Below are positions 24,790 to 38,852 of a DNA stretch of 64,000 nt, piece after piece. This stretch comes from Camelus ferus (taxonomy: Eukaryota): contig NC_045696.1 in NCBI RefSeq assembly GCF_009834535.1, positions 74,030,001 through 74,094,000 on the forward strand, in the 5' to 3' direction. The notes beneath the pieces are model-generated. The model did not search any database. It was not told the origin of the DNA and was given only the letters and a program-made list of their open reading frames with translations. The stretch's first letter is position 1; each line of letters begins with the position of its first letter. A program made the position numbers and the translations under genes.

Positions 24790-25180
24790 GATAGAAGAGT
24801 GTATCTCTGGAGGCTGATGGCCTGGCTTTGATCCTTATCTCTAAAGCTTACTAGCTCTATGACCTAGAATGAGTTACTCAATACTTACTGTTATTTATTG
24901 AGCACTTACTGTAAGTCAGGCACTGTGATAAACATCTTATGTGGATATTTCATTGATTTCGCAGTGAGACTGGTATTTTTATCATCCCCATTTTAGAGAA
25001 ATCCAAAAAGGTAAGTGAGTTTCCCAAGATCACACACCCAGCAGTTTCCACATAAACAAAACAAGAGATATTAATAGCATATAGGTTAAAATGTTGTTGA
25101 AATGGTTACATGAGACAAAGCATGTACTTATTTAGCGAAATGATACACAGGAAGCATTCAGTAAATGTCTTGTGACTATT
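24790..25180. mobile_element. MIR cluster (a minus-strand MIR apparently inside a plus-strand MIR)
   Basis: Sense MIR text 24800-24885 and 25040-25180 flank antisense tttattgagcacttact...atccccattttagaga...cccaagatcacaca. Confidence 0.6.
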
Positions 25181-28073
25181 ACTAGTGAGTATAATTGTCT
25201 ACATTATTAAGATAAAGAAACTTCAGCTGGCCTTAAAAAAACCAAACCAACAGTATCAGGAATGATGAATAACATATTGGTACTCTAAAATAGAGACCAA
25301 TTAGATTAGCCAGAGAAAAAGTTCATAAGCTATTTTATGCATAAAGAACTAAAATGTTCCTCTCTTGAATCCTTAAGATTAATGTAGGAGAATGTCAAGG
25401 GAAAAAAGTTATTCATAGATTCTGATGGGAGACAGCTAGACAGCTGATGTACACTGTTGAGGGATTGAGTTTCGTGTGGGGACATACTTCCCTAGGAGTC
25501 ATTGCTTTTCTAGAATTACTCCATTTGAAGGATCAACGTTTAAAACCATGAGATATAGAGAAACTTATATTATGCCTTGATATTTGAAATGCTAGCAAGT
25601 CATATATTAATGGGTTATTTGAAAGATTGGGAGAAATGGTAGTGGACTCTAGATTATAGTTTATCATAGCAGGGCCTGGTTACATAGATTAATAGAACAC
25701 AAGTCAAATAAGTTTGGCTAGTCTGTGAGGTAATGTAGAACGATCTGGGTCACTACTGGGAATTAAAAACCCCAGTAGGAGTGGTGCTGGGAGCAGACTT
25801 CAGAAGCTAAAGAGTCCTCTGAGGCTGCAAAAGAAAAAAGCAAGAGAGTAAGAAAGAGACCGAAAGGAGTATCAAAGACAAACTGTGCTTAGTTCTTTCC
25901 AGCCCCAGTTCTAACAATGTCATAAAAGAACAATGATTCTAGTTACCCAACCCCTATTGATTAATTGATATAAGTATTTTAAGTGTCAGGCATTGTGAAG
26001 CTGATGGGAATTTTAGGCCAGGTGGGAGAAGGCTAGGGTCATTGCAGGCCAATGAATGAGATGTTCTGAGGCTTGCAGGACAATTTAAATTGCACTGTGT
26101 AATAGTTGCCTAGTCATTTAACCTCTGGGCTTCAGGTACTTCATCTGTAAAATGAAGACATTGAACTATAAAATCTCTAGGGAACTTTGCCACATTAAAA
26201 TGTTATGATTCTCTTTGGCTTACTTTGAGGGAAAAAGTACGATCCTCTTTGGTTAATAAAGAATTAAGAAAAGAAGCTCGCATCTCACAAGGGTGCATAC
26301 AAATGAATATGTGCATACCCAAATACACGCATGCATATATAGCACTATGAGGATTAGCATGAAAAATTACTAACAAAACTGGAGTGACATAAGATTGAAG
26401 AGATCCAACTTACAAAGTATCTCTGTCTTTGCAGCATGAAATAACATAATAACACAGATACTCTTACAAGGAGAATCTTCTGGCCAAAGGTAAGGAGATG
26501 TAGCAATGTATGTAAGTAAAGTTCAAACGTTATTTACTCAAAAAGTAGTAGCATTCTTTGGTCTGTATCTTAAAGCTATAACAAGTATTCCATACTTCAT
26601 TGTCCATGGTTTGCCTTTATCTTAAGGACTTTTCTTTTGATAAGTATTCATTTCAGGAATATTAAAGCCAAGATTCCCTAGACTGACCCTTAGGAAGTAC
26701 TTTAATTTTCAGATTACTCAACCATTACCAATGTCATTTTGATAATTTCTTTTACAAGATGCTTTATGTATTTAAAGCTTTATATATAGCCAGCAGACCT
26801 ATTCCTCATGAGGTATGGGATCTAAGGCAGCATGACTCCATTCTTTCTTATTAGTATAGAAGTGACAAGACTTACTGGAAACTGAAACAATGGGGTCAAG
26901 CAGTAAATAAAGAAAAAGCAAAAAAGCAAGGCTGGGAAATTCTCAACCCAAACTAACTAAAACATTCATGATGTCCTATAAGGAGATGGCCGCAGTTGAA
27001 ATGTCTGAGCAACAGACTGCTATTTAAGAGAAACTTATGATGACCATTAAAAAGTAACTAGCAAAGACAGGAGAACCAAGGAAGAGAAGAAAAGATTAAG
27101 AAATAAGGTCTCTCTCTTGTCTTGTGCAAATGGAAGGCCTCAATACCTTTCTGTGTGGTTTGTATAAGCTGCTCATGTTATCAGTGGGATACTCAAGAGA
27201 GATAGATCAATTTCCAAGAAACAACTTGAAATTTTTGGTTGTGTCTGCAGACTCAGTAATAAAGAAACTGAAGACTAAACAAAAGTTTAAGATGTTTTTT
27301 ATGCTTATAAAATGTTTTCATTCATTCATTCATTCATTCTTTTTATGATAATAAGCACATAATATGAATATCCTTCATATTCCAATCACTGGATGAAATA
27401 CAAGAAAGAAAAAAATGGTCCTGGCCCTTAAGGAGTTAAAAATCTATTTGCAAATAAAATATAATGCTTTTGTTCTAATTAATTCCCCCTATTACTCTAA
27501 TAAACTAACTTATAAGAAACCTGAAAAATCAAGTAAAAAAGTTTCCTCTGAAATGCTTAAGGAGTGAGGGTTTAATAATACTGCTTCCTTTATGTAAAAA
27601 CTGGCTAAACGATAACGCAGTCTATTTTATTAGTCTATTAGAGCCAAATTTATTCATATTCAATATGCTATAATTTTATTCAGAACCTATTTTTATTCTG
27701 CTAGATATTTCAATCCTAAAATTTACATGGCCCAAGGGAAAAATGTCCTGGAATGTATCATCTGTTCCACTCAGTAGTTAGAGTTCCAACAGCTGGAACG
27801 CATGCCTGCTTTGCATGATCTCCCTTTATTCCCATGGAGCCCTTTAGACTTGTTCTTACTCCCCTGCTGTCCTTGGGGGAAAACTTCTAGCATCTGGTAT
27901 CTGGGACTACACATAAGTTAGATATAGATGCTTTTCTCCATTTGTTGTTTAGGGCCAGTATTCCAGTTTTTAATTCAGTCTAAGTATGTAAAGCATGATG
28001 GCGGAGGGGTGTATATTTTTCAGACAAGTGGGAGTGCTGGTAAAAATGAATGAAAGAATATAAGATTTAAGAA

Positions 28074-28207
28074 TATGGTGATCACTCATTTCAGTTTGCC
28101 TGTGATTATTGTGATTTAAGCTGATTTTCTGGCATAATTATTAATAGTGCTCCTTTTCACTCACAGATATTGTCCCAGTTTGGACAATAAATTATAAAGT
28201 TACCCTA
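28074..28207. mobile_element. hAT-Blackjack MITE (MER94-like)
   Basis: Ends tatggtga / ttacccta (TAGGGTGA-type TIR); internal ataattattaatagtgctccttttcactc...tgtcccagtttggacaataaattat; flanks tttaagaa / tttaggat (6/8 match). Confidence 0.75.
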
Positions 28208-28219
28208 TTTAGGATACAC

Positions 28220-28620
28220 AATAGGCAAATGCAAGTATTGACTTCATTTTAATCAAATAATAGACTATAAAGAAATATTTATGAGATAATTTGGAAAATT
28301 AGAACATTGATCATCTATTTGATTATATTAGGGAATTATGATCAATGTTTTGAGGTGAAGTTATGCTGTGATTATGTTTTTAAAAAGAGACCTTGTCTTT
28401 AGATATTTGTAGGTGAAATGATATGATACCAAGGATTGGCTTCACAATAATCCGATTTTGATGTGGTGGGAGTGTGGTTAACAGCATAGACAGCATTGAA
28501 TTGTACACTATAAACTTTACAATTGTTGAAGTTGAGTAATGCATCTGTGGGAATTTATTATGCTATTCTTCTTTCTTTTGATTTTGTTTGACATTTTCCA
28601 TAATGAGAAGTTTTAAAAGA
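28220..28620 (+). mobile_element. Old L1 (L1MC/ME-like) 3' end
   Basis: atatttgtaggtgaaatgatatgat...attgttgaagttgagtaatg...tttccataat. Confidence 0.65.
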
Positions 28621-28679
28621 GATATATACATATATATATATATGTGACAATTGGAAGAGCAGAATTAGAAATCACTATT

Positions 28680-31600
28680 CTTAGAAATATTTTTGTACTT
28701 TGTTCTGGGGATACAGTTAAGTTACTTGGCAATAGTTGGATTCATTTTGGGTTTTGCATTTAAGCTCTGTTAGGCAGGATCAGAGCAGAATGAAGTCAAA
28801 GGTTAATTTTCCTCACTGCTGAGGCAAAACTTTTGAGTACCCTGCTGGATGCTCCGTGAACTATGCAGTTGTTTACTCCTGCTGTTGGGAACAGGGACTA
28901 CTCCTGACCCTGTGAGCTCCTAGAATTATTCCTTCTAATATTTTTGTGAGGTTGTTTCCCTGGCCTCAGGTAGTTTCCTCCTAAGCTGATCAATATATAA
29001 CTGAAGACTCAAAGTGTATCTTCCGAAGATCTCTGGACATTTCTGTACAGCTGTCTCCTTAATGGTACTCTCTATATTGAGAATTCTAGCTTTTTAGTCT
29101 CTCCAGAGTATCAGCAGAATCTCCTCAGTTGTTGATGCCTATGGGGTCTGCTTTGGTTCTTCCTTGCAGAATAGTGGCCTTGGAACTCTCTCAAAGCAGT
29201 AAAATGAAGCAGTTTTAGGATTCGCCTCATTTGTTTCCCATTTCTCAATGATCACTTTTCTTGTCTGATGACTGATATCTTGAAAACTATTATTTCATAT
29301 ATTTTGTCCTGTTTTAATTGTTCCTGGTGGGAGGCCAAATGTGATTCCTTTTACTTGTTGGCTGTAAGTGGAAGTGCTTGTCTGACATTAGGTTATAATT
29401 TTTTCTTGTTTGGTTGCTGCTACTAAAAACAGATTACTTGTATGCCAGTTTTCTTTTGCTTAGTTTTGTTTATCACAGTATCAGAGGGATATTCTGGAAT
29501 CTGTGTAGCCATCTTTATGTGTTTACTGGACATTTATATTTTCTTTTCTGTGATTCATGATTTCATGCTCTTTTCTTACTTTTTGATTGACATCTACATG
29601 AATTTCTTACAAGTTTCTCTGAGATATTAAATATCAACTATACATGTCGTTTATATGCCATACTTACACCAAACGTTGTTCACAGTTTGTTGTTTGTATT
29701 TAATCTTGGTGATGTTTTCTTTTGAAGTATAAAAGCCTTTTATTTAATGTAGTCAAACCTATATAGTCTTTTTTTAAAAAGCCCCTTCACAATCAAGGAA
29801 TATTTCCCTGTACTATGTTTTTTGTTGCTTGATTGTTTTTAATATTTACTTCTAGATTTTTGAGAAATTAATTTTTTTACATGGAGTGTAGCTCTAAATT
29901 TATTTTTTCCAAAGTGTTCTTTTTGTGCTATTTATGAAGTATCCCTTCTTTTATGCATATTTTTAGCACAACTTTTACCATAGGAAAAATTCTGTCTGTT
30001 GTTGGATTATCTATTCTCTTTCACTTACTCACATATCTACTGCTATGCTGTTTAATTATTCTATATTTGATATCTTATAAAGTAAGAGCTCCTTTTAAAC
30101 TTTTTTCCATATGAATTAAAAACTTTTATTATGCAAAATTAATATATGTTCATCACACAAGAATTAAACAATGAATGTTCATGCAAAGAATGCAAAGCAT
30201 CCATGCCCAGCCAAAATTAACATCTCATTTTATAGTCTTTCAGATTATTTTTATGTACACACTTTTAAAGTTTTTGTAAAATGGGCTCATACTACATTAT
30301 TTTACAACTTACTTGTATTTTCATACCAATAGCATACTGTAATATTTTAATGATTGAAGAATACTTCATTGCATGGATATATGATGATTTAACCAACCTC
30401 CTCTGCCCTTTTAGTAGACTTTTTATTGAAGGACATACATATAAAAAAGTTTATAAATCATATATGTACAGCTTATGTTTATACAGAGTGATCATACTCA
30501 TGTAATTAGTACCCAGATAAAGAAGCAAAACATTACCAGCACTCCAGAATTCTTCTTATAAATTCATCTCATGCACAAGTAACTACCATACACCCCAGGG
30601 CCATAACCGTTTCTAACACCATCAGCCAGTTTAGCCTGTTTTAGAACTTCACATAAATGGAATCATAAAATATGTACTCTTGTGTATGGCTTCTCTTCAT
30701 TAACATTGCGTTGAGATTTACCCATTTTGTTGCATGCAGTTCTGGTTCATTCATTCTCAATGTGCTTGAGATTTTACAGTCATGGTAAATGTATGTTTAA
30801 CTGTATACAAAACTATTTTCCAATGTAACTATAACATTTTGCACTCCTACCTTCAAAGAATGGGAGATTCCTGTTATTCTGCATCCTTAGTAGCAGTTGC
30901 TGTTTATGCTCTCTTTGGTTTTGCTTTGAAATTGAACCATACTATAGGTGCACACTGGTTTTGCATTGTGATTTTAATTTGCTTTTCCCTAATTAATAAT
31001 GATGTTGAGCATCCTTTCATATGTTCATTTGATATCCATGTATCTTCTTTGATAAAGTGACTGTTCAGCTCTTTTGCCAGTTATTTTTTCTTGTGTTATT
31101 TGTTTTCTTACTGGTTAGTTGAGTTTTTTTTATCTGTTCTGGAAATATCTTTATCAGATACGTAATCTGTAAATATTTTCTTCTGGCCTGTGGCTTGTCT
31201 TTTCATTCTCTTAATGGTGTCTTTCACAGAGAAAAAGGTTTTAATTTAATTTAATTTTAACTTACTGACTTTTTTTATGGAGTATGCTATTAGTGTCATA
31301 TCTGGAAACTCATCACCTAACCCAAGGTCACACAGATTTTGTCTTATGGTTTCATCTCGAAGTTTTGTGGCTTTATTTTTACATTTAGAATTATGAGTCA
31401 AAGAACATGCATATTTTAAAGTATAATAAGTCATACTGAAAAAATGCTTTATGAATGATTTTACTAATTCACACTCTCATCAGCCATGTATGACAGTTTC
31501 CACATCCACCACCACACTGAATGCTACCCTTTGTTTTTAAACTTTTTTGCATCCTGATGTTTTAATAATGGCAGCTTGTTTAAATTTTTTTCTGTTGTTA

Positions 31601-33120
31601 GTGATTTTCAATACCTTTTCATATTTGATTTTTATAGTTTTAAAATTATGTGTTGTATGTTTAGTTCAATTTTTCCCTAACAGAGTATTTATCTTTTTCT
31701 TTAAAAAATTGTTTGAAAATTTTTTTTCAGTTTAACTACACGGAACAAAAACCAAATAGTGTACCTTAATTAAATAAGAGTATATGTTTTTTCTCACACA
31801 ACAAGTTCAGCAGTGGTATTCCAGGGCTGGTGCAGGCACTCAAGGAAGTAGACTTCTTTCTTGATGCTTCACTCTTATTGGCATGTGACTTTTATTTTCT
31901 TATGGTCAAATATAGTTGTTCTACCTCTAGGCATGAGATTCATATTTCAGGAAGGAAGAGAGAAAGAATAGATGGCAAAAGGTATTCATTCTTAAGATAA
32001 GGATAAGGAAATCTTTCTTTAGATAAGGAAAACATAATTTTCCTAGAAACGCCATCCAGAAAGTTTTGCTTATATCTCATTGGCCAGACTAGGTTACATG
32101 GCTATCTCTAATTACCAGAGTAAAGAAATAGTTGGACACATTGTTGTCCCAAATACAACATGGGTTCTTGAAGCGAAGAAGAAGCATCATATAGATACAG
32201 GCTAGGCATTAGCAAAGTCTTCCACAGGAATATGTTGCTTTTTGCCAGTTTTGAGTGTTGAAGATTTTTCACTTTGCCTTTTGCCATTTTATGTATATAT
32301 AAATGTGTGTATTTTTATATAGAAGCTTTAGATTTTTATATTTGTTGGCTTCTATTTTTGATAATTGTATTCAGAGGGTCTTCTATAAGCCAAAATTTAC
32401 CTAATTTTTATTTTATATTCTTTGGACTTCCCTATTAGAATTATATCTTCAATATTGAGAGGTTGACAGAATTATATTAAGCCAAATTATATTAAACTAT
32501 ACTAAATCTGAAGAATTGATATCTCTGCTATCTTTATTAGCCAATTATATCTAAATGTATAGTATAGAAACAAAATACATTTTCCCTTCTTGCTCGTGTG
32601 TTTTGCCATCTTGTTCATATAACTCTTATATATCACATTAAGGTTGCTCCTAGATACTGTATATTATATGGTTTGGTTTTTGTTTTGTTTATTGTTATGT
32701 GAAGAATCTTGTTTTTATTATATTTGCTAACTATTGATGATTTGTTATAAACAATATATATATTTTATATGTATATGTATATGTATGTGTGTATATCCAT
32801 ACAAATATGTATATGTTTGCCTAGAGAGAGACTTATTTGCAGTTACTTTTCATAATTCTCTTATTAATTTTAAGCTTTTTTGATGATTTTCTGGAAGTTC
32901 TGGATATATAATCGTATTTTATGCAATGAATTATACTCTTAGTATTTTCTTCCAATTTCTTAATACTTTTCAGAACTTCAGAATGCCTGTATTTATTCTG
33001 GACTTTAATGAGACTGACTTTAATATTTCAGCATTACAGTGATTTTGGCTGCTGGGTGAAGATATGTAATCTTTACAATATTAGGAAAGGATACTTCTAG
33101 TGCTGATTTTTTATTGAGAT
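28680..33120 (-). mobile_element. Patchwork of old L1M fragments
   Basis: Antisense L1 motifs, e.g. ttttaatttgcttttccctaattaataatgatgttgagcatcctttcatatg (30970-31025) and taaatggaatcataaaatatgtactct; boundaries approximate. Confidence 0.7.
31730..32226 (-). mobile_element. Old MaLR LTR (MLT1J/K-like)
   Basis: cttatatctcattggccagactaggttacatggcta...cttccaca. Confidence 0.65.
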
Positions 33121-33904
33121 TTTGTTTTTATTCATTGTAAAGCATACTATCAACTGACTGCAGAAGTCTTTTTTTTTTCCTTATAGGGCTCAGGCTTTAA
33201 TCTAGTTTTGCTCCTGAGTCTTTCCTGGGGTTTCAAGTTAATTTTAAAGTTTTTGAGCTCAGTTGTATATTTCCAAACTGGCAAAGAAATAATTGAAAAC
33301 CAAGTGATGGCTCTGCTAGCTGTTCATCTAGAAGTGTCTCCTGATTTTAAGGCAACTTAGGATCATAGGCGAAAGCTGCTTTTACCACAAACTAAGGTCC
33401 TTCCAATTAAAACCTATGTGTTAATCTAGTCTGAAATATATATTTTACGGTGCTTCATTCACTAAGGAAAACTCACTCAGTGACAGATGCTGAGTACTAT
33501 TATACCTGAATAAATTAATACCCTTAAGTATGTTTACCCATGAAAAGTTCAAGATTTTCTGGATCAGAATATCCAGGGAAGGAGCAGCTTTTAGTAAAGG
33601 ATGAATAAAAGTGCAAGTCACAGACATAGGTTTTTACTGTATGTATTCACATAATGGATATTGAACACCTGTACTTTCCTTACTTACTGTTTTGGTCAAT
33701 TCATTTAGATGTTCTGTCCTCTGAAACTGTTTCTTGTCTAAGGCACAGTGCTTATTATGTTAATTATTTCAAAGAAATTTTAAAACAAACTTTTTATGGT
33801 ATCTGAAAAAATGCAATAACATTTCTACGTTCACTAGAGGAAATAGTTTTTCATTCTTTATCACTTAAATTACAAAAGTTGGATCTACTTTTAATGTTGT
33901 CTCT

Positions 33905-34140
33905 TTCATTCATTCATCTAATATTATTGATTTACTTAGCACATATTAGTACCAGGCATTATCTTTAGGAGTAGGAATATAAAGATGAATAAGTTATATT
34001 CCATGCCCTCACAGTGCTGATAGTCTGAAAAGGGAAATGTTTAAACAAAATAATTCAGGTCATTGTAGTATATACTAGGATCAGGTACTTTGATAGTGTA
34101 AAGAATAGTCATCTAAATTAAACTAAAGATCAAGGAAATT
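33905..34140 (-). mobile_element. L2 3' end
   Basis: ttcattcattcat...taccaggcatta...aaagatgaataag...tgccctcacagtgctgatagtct. Confidence 0.7.
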
Positions 34141-34148
34141 CACTGACA

Positions 34149-34535
34149 GTGGCAGTGAATGTTTGTCCTCCTCTTCTTCTATTATTATAGATTTTTTTTT
34201 AGTTATGTACATGAATAATTCAGCTACAGCCTACATTTCAGCTAATTGTAGCCATATGAATAAGTCCTACACAAAAGAATGTGAAGGAAAGTGATGTGTG
34301 CCACTTCTGGGTCACACCTCCTTCCTTCCCTTTCTCCAGATGGCTTCCTAGAATGTGAATACTTTGAGAAGCTATCAGGAACCATACAAAGCAAGCAAGC
34401 AACGTCCTAGGAGCAGTAAAGAGATTGGGTTCGTAACAACTTTATAAAGCAGGGTCACCCTTCTCTAGACTACAAGGGAAATAAATGTCTACTTTGTATA
34501 AATCACATAGCCATACCTAGATCCAAGCTAATGTA
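34149..34535 (+). mobile_element. Old MaLR LTR (MLT1I/J-like)
   Basis: agaatgtgaaggaaagtgatgtgtgccacttctggg...aataaatgtcta. Confidence 0.6.
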
Positions 34536-35613
34536 GTGAGCTTTCCCTAGTCTTCACTCTTTGGACCATTCAGTGTATTTTGACCACATTCACAAATCCT
34601 CATGTTTATAAGCTTCTTTATTGATGTCTTTGCTTTGATTCTCTTAATGCCTCTCAAATATTTCATCAGACTCTTATTAAGACTCTTCTTCCTATTTATT
34701 CTGTTTATGTAGAACTTCCCCAAGGTTTTTTCCTTGACCCTCTTCTATCTTTATTCTTTTCTTTCCCCTTAGAATTCCATGGCTTTAATATTCTCCTTTG
34801 AAACTGATTTCCAAAGCTGTATTGCTCTCCTAAAGTTTTGGCGTATCCTGTGGGCTTCAGGTCCAGGTTTTCAGTAGACTTCAGTAACTATCCACTTGGG
34901 TGTCCTGCTGCCATTTCACATTCAGCTGGTTTAAATATAAACTCATATTCCTCTCCAAACCAGACTTCCTTCTGGAGTTTGCTATTTATGTTAATGACAT
35001 CATTATTCTCCTAGTCATTTATGTTGAAACTTTAGCATTGTCTTTAGTTTCTCCTCTCTTACCTATCAACTGAAATTTAAAATGGTAGACCATCTGAATC
35101 ACTTCCTCTAGTAGTCCTGGCCTCCCACAGTCCTCTTTATAAAGATGGAGATGATAATTTAGGTATCCAGAACACTTTAATTCCCACTTGTCAAAGCCTC
35201 ATCAAAGTAGCTGGTTTTAGGTCACCTTTGTGGGAAACCCAGTTTAGGTAATAAAGGAGGAATTATGCTGGCAACTAAATTAAATTCCTTTGCACAGATT
35301 TTGAACCTGTAGCGCTGACTCTTCTTTTCCCATATGACTACTAATTCCTATTCGTGCATCTTCTCTCAAATAATTTCACATAATTCTTCTTTTCACATAA
35401 TTTCTGGCCTCATGTTTTCCTTTACATCTGCCCATCCTCTGCAGTTTAATCTTGCAAAACTACTACCTTCATCACTTTCTTTTCATAAACCTAAAATGGT
35501 TCCCATTTTTATGTTAAGGTATAATCAAGGCTTATTATTATTTTTTAGCGTTTTGACCATACCCTTTTACATGACATATCATCATCTCTAAGATCACTTC
35601 TTCTTCAAAATAC

Positions 35614-36080
35614 TGTGGAAAGGGAATGTTACCTGCCATTCCAGTAAACAAAGAATGTTGTCTGCTACCAAACCATCAGCCACTACAGCCACCCTGATGG
35701 TGTTCCCTGAGGGGAATTCAGTACAGAGAAAAACAGGAACCATTCTGTTCCCTGGATGCTAGCCTTAGGTAGTTAAGATGCGTATATAAAGAATAATTTC
35801 AGTGAGCTCAAACTCTTGCATCTTCCCATACATAGAAAAGCACTAAAATAGTTAACTTGAGATGTCTGTTTTTTTGTGATTAGCAGTTATCTTTTGATGT
35901 TTGACCACTTTTTTTTTTTTTAGCAAAAACTCCTATACATTCTGTCTCCTGTCTTACTTCTTCAGAGAAGTTTCTCAGAGCTATCCGAGAAGCTGTCTCC
36001 TGGGCTGTAGTTCTCAGTAAGATCTGCAAATAAAACTTGACTTTCAGACTTTTAGGCTGTGCATTTTTCTTCAGTCGACA
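35614..36080 (+). mobile_element. Solo ERV LTR (ERV1-like), 467 bp
   Basis: TG...CA termini (tgtggaaa...cagtcgaca); 4 bp flanks atac/gtac; AATAAA near 36029; TATA-like tatataaa near 35783. Confidence 0.8.
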
Positions 36081-36124
36081 GTACTGAGAAATGCCTATGT
36101 TCTTTTCCTTCCAAAGCCTGTAGT

Positions 36125-36488
36125 TTTTTTTTTTTTAATTGAAGTATAGTCAGTTTACAATGTTGTGTTAATTTCTGGTGTACAGCATAGTGATTCAGTT
36201 TTATATATATACAGTTTTATATATATAAATATACACACACACACACACATATTCCTTTTCATATTCTTTTTCATTACAGGCCATTACAAGGTATTGAATG
36301 TAGTTCCCTGTGCTATACAGTAGACACATGTTGTTTATCTATTTTATATATAGTAGTTAGTATCTAGACATCCCGAGCTCCCAGTTTATCCATCCCCACC
36401 CTTTTTCCCTCCGGGTAACCATAAGTTTGTCCCATGTCTGTAAGTCTGTCTCTGTTTTGTAAATAAGTTCATTTGTGTCCTTTTTTTG
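36125..36488 (-). mobile_element. L1 3'UTR (cetartiodactyl type), truncated
   Basis: poly(T)-aattgaagtatagtcagtttacaatgttgtg...gtaaccataagtttgt. Confidence 0.9.
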
Positions 36489-38289
36489 GACACTCAAAAT
36501 GTCTTTCCTTACACAGGAAAATCTTGGTTAGCTCTTTTATTCTTAAGGCACATTTTCCCCTCTCAGCATCCTATAGATGTTACTCCATTGTTACTCTACT
36601 GTTTAGTGTTGTGAAGTAGTTTGGGTCATGCCAACTTTTGTTCCTTGAGAATAATCTGGTATTTTTTTCTTTCAAAGCTTATTGGATTCTTTCTCTTGAA
36701 AGTTTGAAAATTCCAAAAGAATTGGCCTACATACTTTTTTTTTTTCAGTTAGTTTGTCACAAATATGATGTAGATTTTGAATTTTTAGACCAAAGTTTTT
36801 CTTTAAAGCAAGAGAGTTACTTGTGTGCAGTCTGGATGTGACTCATGGGTAGCCTCCATTCTTGTCTCACATTAACTTTGAGGCAGGATTTGAGCACAAT
36901 GCATTGTCTCCTAATGCTGAGAACACCTCCAAAGCACTAGTGAACAGTATATATTTTATCTAAATTTTTAATTGGGAAATGGAGGAAAATGATTCTTTTA
37001 TGGAAGGTACATCATTTTCTTCCCCAAATACTCATTTGAGATCTTTTGCCTTCTCTCACTTCTCAGCTACTTTGTTTTCCCTACTTCCCTGACTTCAGCT
37101 TTTGCTTCCTCCAACATGTTTTATAATCCCCATGTCTTTTTATATCCCTTTCCTTGAACAGAATATGTTTACTTTCTATGGGATTATTCATTATCCAACA
37201 ATAGAATCCTTCTTAAAAGTCATCAAGGGACTGTATATTAAAATTTTTCCTAAAACATAATTTTTTTCAATTACTTGAAGATTTTTCACTATTATTTGAT
37301 TATTGCTTCTGCTCCTTCTGCTGTTTTTTAAAAATAATTATTGATATTTATAGGTTGATTTTCTTGTTTTGTCATTTCTCTTTTCTCTCTTTGTCTTTAT
37401 CTTCTTTTCTCTAAGATGGAAAAAAATTCTTGAATTTAATCTTAAATTTCATTTTGAGTTTGGCAGTGTCCAGTGTGCTAGTCATGATCTTTGCTCAAAA
37501 TCATTAATTTATTCATTGAGTGTCTCTACTATATTTAGGCTGATGATCAGTATGTGCAGGAAACTTCAGGGCTTCCAAATATCACTCCATTGTCTCACTA
37601 TTGTTAGTCAGAGACCTTTAGACTGAAGCCTTGAGTGGTGGGATCTCTGAGGTAAGGAGATGTCTTGAGAATTCCTTTGGTTTTTATCTTGCATATGCCA
37701 CATCCTCTGAATGGAGAATTGTGTGTGTCATCCTTCAATACCTTCCTCAGACTATTGGTATGTATCTAGTGGAAATTCTCCCAACTTTCAAACATTAAGG
37801 ATAGCTTTCACCTTTGTTTTACAAAGTTGATGCATAATTGTATATTCCGTTATTCATTTCAGTGGGAATTTGGCATAGGAAAAAGCAATTGTCTAATAAC
37901 ACTGCCTTAATCCTTGAATATTGAAAATCTTGGGCTCATTTATGCAGTGTAAATGATCCAGGTCACCAGTTATGTCAAAATAAAGGTAAACAACGTTTTC
38001 TAGATTAATGATATGGATTTCTTATTCTAACTTCTTAAGAAACTGAATCTGTTGACTTTATTATTGTCAGAACAAAACAAGAAAGCTTTAACTATATTAG
38101 GACTGAAATAATTAATTTTGTCACATATTTTCTCATATGTAAATGAGCAATCCAAGAGAATCTCAACCAGAAGGTCTTCCATTGAGTTACCTGAGAATAC
38201 TTTTCTTCCTAACTTGTCTTTGTAGACCCATCAGAATGTAGTTCAATTTAAAAGTAGCTCATAAAGGAAGTTTTTTATTTTATTTTAAT

Positions 38290-38852
38290 GTGTAGGGTAG
38301 GTTCTTTGATAACTGAAATAAAAGCTAGCAAATGCTTCTGTTCACAAATAATGGAAAATATAATTTAACATAGCTTATAAAATAAGGAAATTTACTGGTT
38401 CATGAAACTGAAAAATCTAGTTTTTTTATTTGGAATGGTTTGATCCAGAGACCCATGGTGCAATCAGATCTCCAGAATCATTTCTCTGTGATTCTTTTGA
38501 CTCTGACATCCTGCTTGTGTCAGTTTCACCCTCAAAGTGAGTTTCTTTACAGTAGTAAAACTGGACATCATGGCTTTCAGTCTCAGTCACACAACAACAG
38601 CTTCGGAAAGGATTTGAAAAGAGCAGATTAGTCCCAATAATTCAAGTCAAGTCCTAAGATTCATTCTAATTGAACTGGCTTGGGTCACATGCCTACTCCT
38701 GAATAATTACTATGGCCAGGAAAATGGATGGTGGTAATAGGCCAGCCTGACTAATGTGAGTTGGCTGTGGCAAAAGAAGCATTCTTAGAACTACATGGAT
38801 CCCTACTTTGGATAGCCAGGGCTGTTGGGAAAGGAATATTGGTTGTCCACTA
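38290..38852 (-). mobile_element. Old MaLR LTR (MLT1K/L-like)
   Basis: ggcttgggtcacatgcctactcctgaataattactatggccagg...tgtccacta. Confidence 0.6.
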
